Assembly: GCF_009914755.1 (NCBI RefSeq)
Contig: NC_060927.1
Source of the DNA: the human T2T-CHM13v2.0 reference genome, Homo sapiens
Length of the DNA: 64,000 nt
Reading direction: 5' to 3' (one strand)
Within the stretch, counting starts at the first letter, position 1; the number at the start of each line of letters is the position of its first letter. Both the position numbers and the translations under genes were made by a program. Positions 61,880 through 64,000 of this stretch are shown in pieces. The notes under the pieces were generated by a model. It was given only the letters and a program-made list of their open reading frames with translations. It did no database searches and had not been told where the DNA came from.

Positions 61880-63007
61880 ATGTCTTCATAGACACATTTC
61901 AAAGCACAGCCCAGATATTTGATAGAAAATTAGAGTTAGTGATGTTTGTTTGATGTAAGAATATTCAACAGTTATCATCAGCTAAAAAATGGAGTCAATT
62001 AAACTTTGTGGCAGCAACAGATTTAATAGCACCTTGAATCTGGAAGTCATGTTTTAGGCTATGGGAACAAATGTAAGCTTTATCATCAGTTGTGAGAGTA
62101 TTCCCTCCAATGTTAGAAGTCAGAGAATGTAAGGAGACTGCAGGGGAGCGAACTAATAAAAAGAAATCAAGGGTTGCATGCAGTGTCAAGAAATTTAGGG
62201 CACCAGAAATTATTAAAATAATCCTTCAGGTTTATACCTGGGGATCCACCCTTACAAAAACAAAACAAACAAACAAAAATCCACAGTGGTAAAGAAAATA
62301 TTTTGAGTAATTTTCTTTATATTGCTCACAGCACAAGTGAAGCATATCACCACTTTTTAAAAAAAAGGTAATTCTATAAAGTCTGCAGTTTATTCTTCCA
62401 TTACGAACTGCTGTGTAATTTGGTGTATTTAAAAAGAATAGCCCAGGGACTGAAATATTTTAATTTGCCTCTCTAATGAGAGGTTCTTTGCAGTTCTTCT
62501 AAGAACGCTTGTTTTCCCAAGCTTCCTTCTCCCACATTCTCTCCCACATACACATGCTACAAAACTGTGTATTACATTTCTGCTTGGTTAAAATATTACG
62601 TGTCAGAGATGAAGTCAGCTTTACATACCAACACACACATACACAGGCACGTATATCCAGGACAAAGCCCCTAACCCTAAATTTGCTTTATTTTGTAAAA
62701 GAAAATCACTGTCATACCGGGAAATAAGAAAATTGGCTATGGACACTTGTCATATATGCTTGATAATTTCACAGCCTTTTGTTCTACATTGCTTGTTTAG
62801 ACATGGCTTTCTGTCAACCAGGAAGTTCCGTCAGTTTCTAGAAAGTCAGAGAACTCAGTTTATTTTATGGGTGGGAGGGGCACCTTTTCCTTATTAGCTT
62901 GGAGGGGAACTAGCTTCCCTTGGGTGAATACCCAAAGTCAGATATGTTATTAGGCACTTAATGTCCTTATTTTAGGGGTTCCCAAAGTGTAATCATAAAC
63001 GGGATCC

Positions 63008-63185
63008 CAAAGGCTCTCAAAGTGTGGTATGCAAACCAGCAGCTACAATGCAGCACCTGGGAGCTTGTCAGAAAGGCAAATGATCAGGCCTTACATCAGA
63101 CCTACTAACTCTGAAACTCCGGGCGTGGAGGTACAGCAAGCCCCCCAGGTAATTCCAATGCATGCTCAAGTTTGAAAACCACCGT
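63008..63185. mobile_element. MER5A-like hAT element, followed by a reverse MIR (about 63200-63370)
   Basis: CTCTCAAAGTGTGGT..CACCTGGGAGCTTGTCAGAAA..AAGTTTGAAAACCAC. Confidence 0.75.
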
Positions 63186-64000
63186 CTTCTATCAGGTAAA
63201 CCTCAGAATACCTTATGGAGTAGGCACTGTTATCTCCATCTCCAATCCCTTGTTGGTGAGGAAAGTGAGGCTCAAAAGGTAAGGCCATTTGTCACATAGA
63301 TGGTAAATAATGGGGCTGAGATTTAAACTCCAATTGTTCCGGCTTCTAGCCTTAAGCCCTTTTCCATGCAACCTTTCATATCATCACTGCTGGCCATAGA
63401 AAATAACTTTAAACTTTGAAAACAGCTCTTCATAGCCTTGTCCGAAAGCAAAGCAGCTTCCTATGCATGGAGGTACAATAGTCCTTCCTCTGACTACACC
63501 TCCAAGTCAAGCTTTCTCTCCTACCCTCAGCCATCATTCATTCTGAGACACGGAATCACACACTTGAGCTGGGAGATTTTCGCAGCACTTAAGGCATCAG
63601 GGGAGAAGCGAGGGTGACAATAAGATCTTCAAATTCCTTGACCTCAAAGAATGTAGACTTTGCCAGTCTTTCTATGCACAGGCCATGGACTTATAAATAA
63701 CTGAAAAATGGGCTGCTGTGCCTGATCCTAAATCCTAATGTGACCTTGGGACATAGCTTTTGCCTTATCCCAAGAATTCTGAGGCAGGTGGTAGAAGATG
63801 CAGTGGAGGCAGATGACAGTCAGTTTCTTGTGGAACTATTGAGAATTTCTGAGACATAAGGACTTTTGCTTTGGTCATCTATTCAGTTGATCAGACTTAT
63901 CAAAAAGAGAAAGGAGATCCTCCTAGAAGTTAGGAGAGGGGTTTGTTTCAGTAGAGATCAGGAGATTATGTTTTCCTGAAAATTGGTGTCATGCTACACA

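Overview
Primate (almost certainly human) intronic DNA from the CADPS (CAPS1, Ca2+-dependent secretion activator) locus, transcribed on the minus strand. The only real coding sequence is one 114-nt, phase 0/0 exon at 3553-3666 ([38 protein letters not shown], which I recall as exon 2). The remaining sequence is intron, and 3667-64000 is part of the very long upstream intron. It is filled with transposon fossils: about 19 Alus/Alu fragments, L1, L2, MIR, MaLR/ERV LTRs and hAT/Tigger DNA transposons. It also holds three retrocopies of cellular RNAs: an RPL14 processed pseudogene with a perfect 16-bp target-site duplication (TSD) and a nested Alu, a full-length 7SL RNA copy, and a U6 snRNA copy. 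Nearly all ORFs in the supplied track are Alu/L1-derived or chance. I found no support for a new biological system. The most interesting signals are retrotransposition archaeology, an apparent template-switch micro-inversion inside an Alu, two Alus truncated at the same nucleotide, and inverted Alus flanking the in-frame exon. Repeat family names come from recalled consensus sequences, and repeat boundaries without a stated TSD are approximate.
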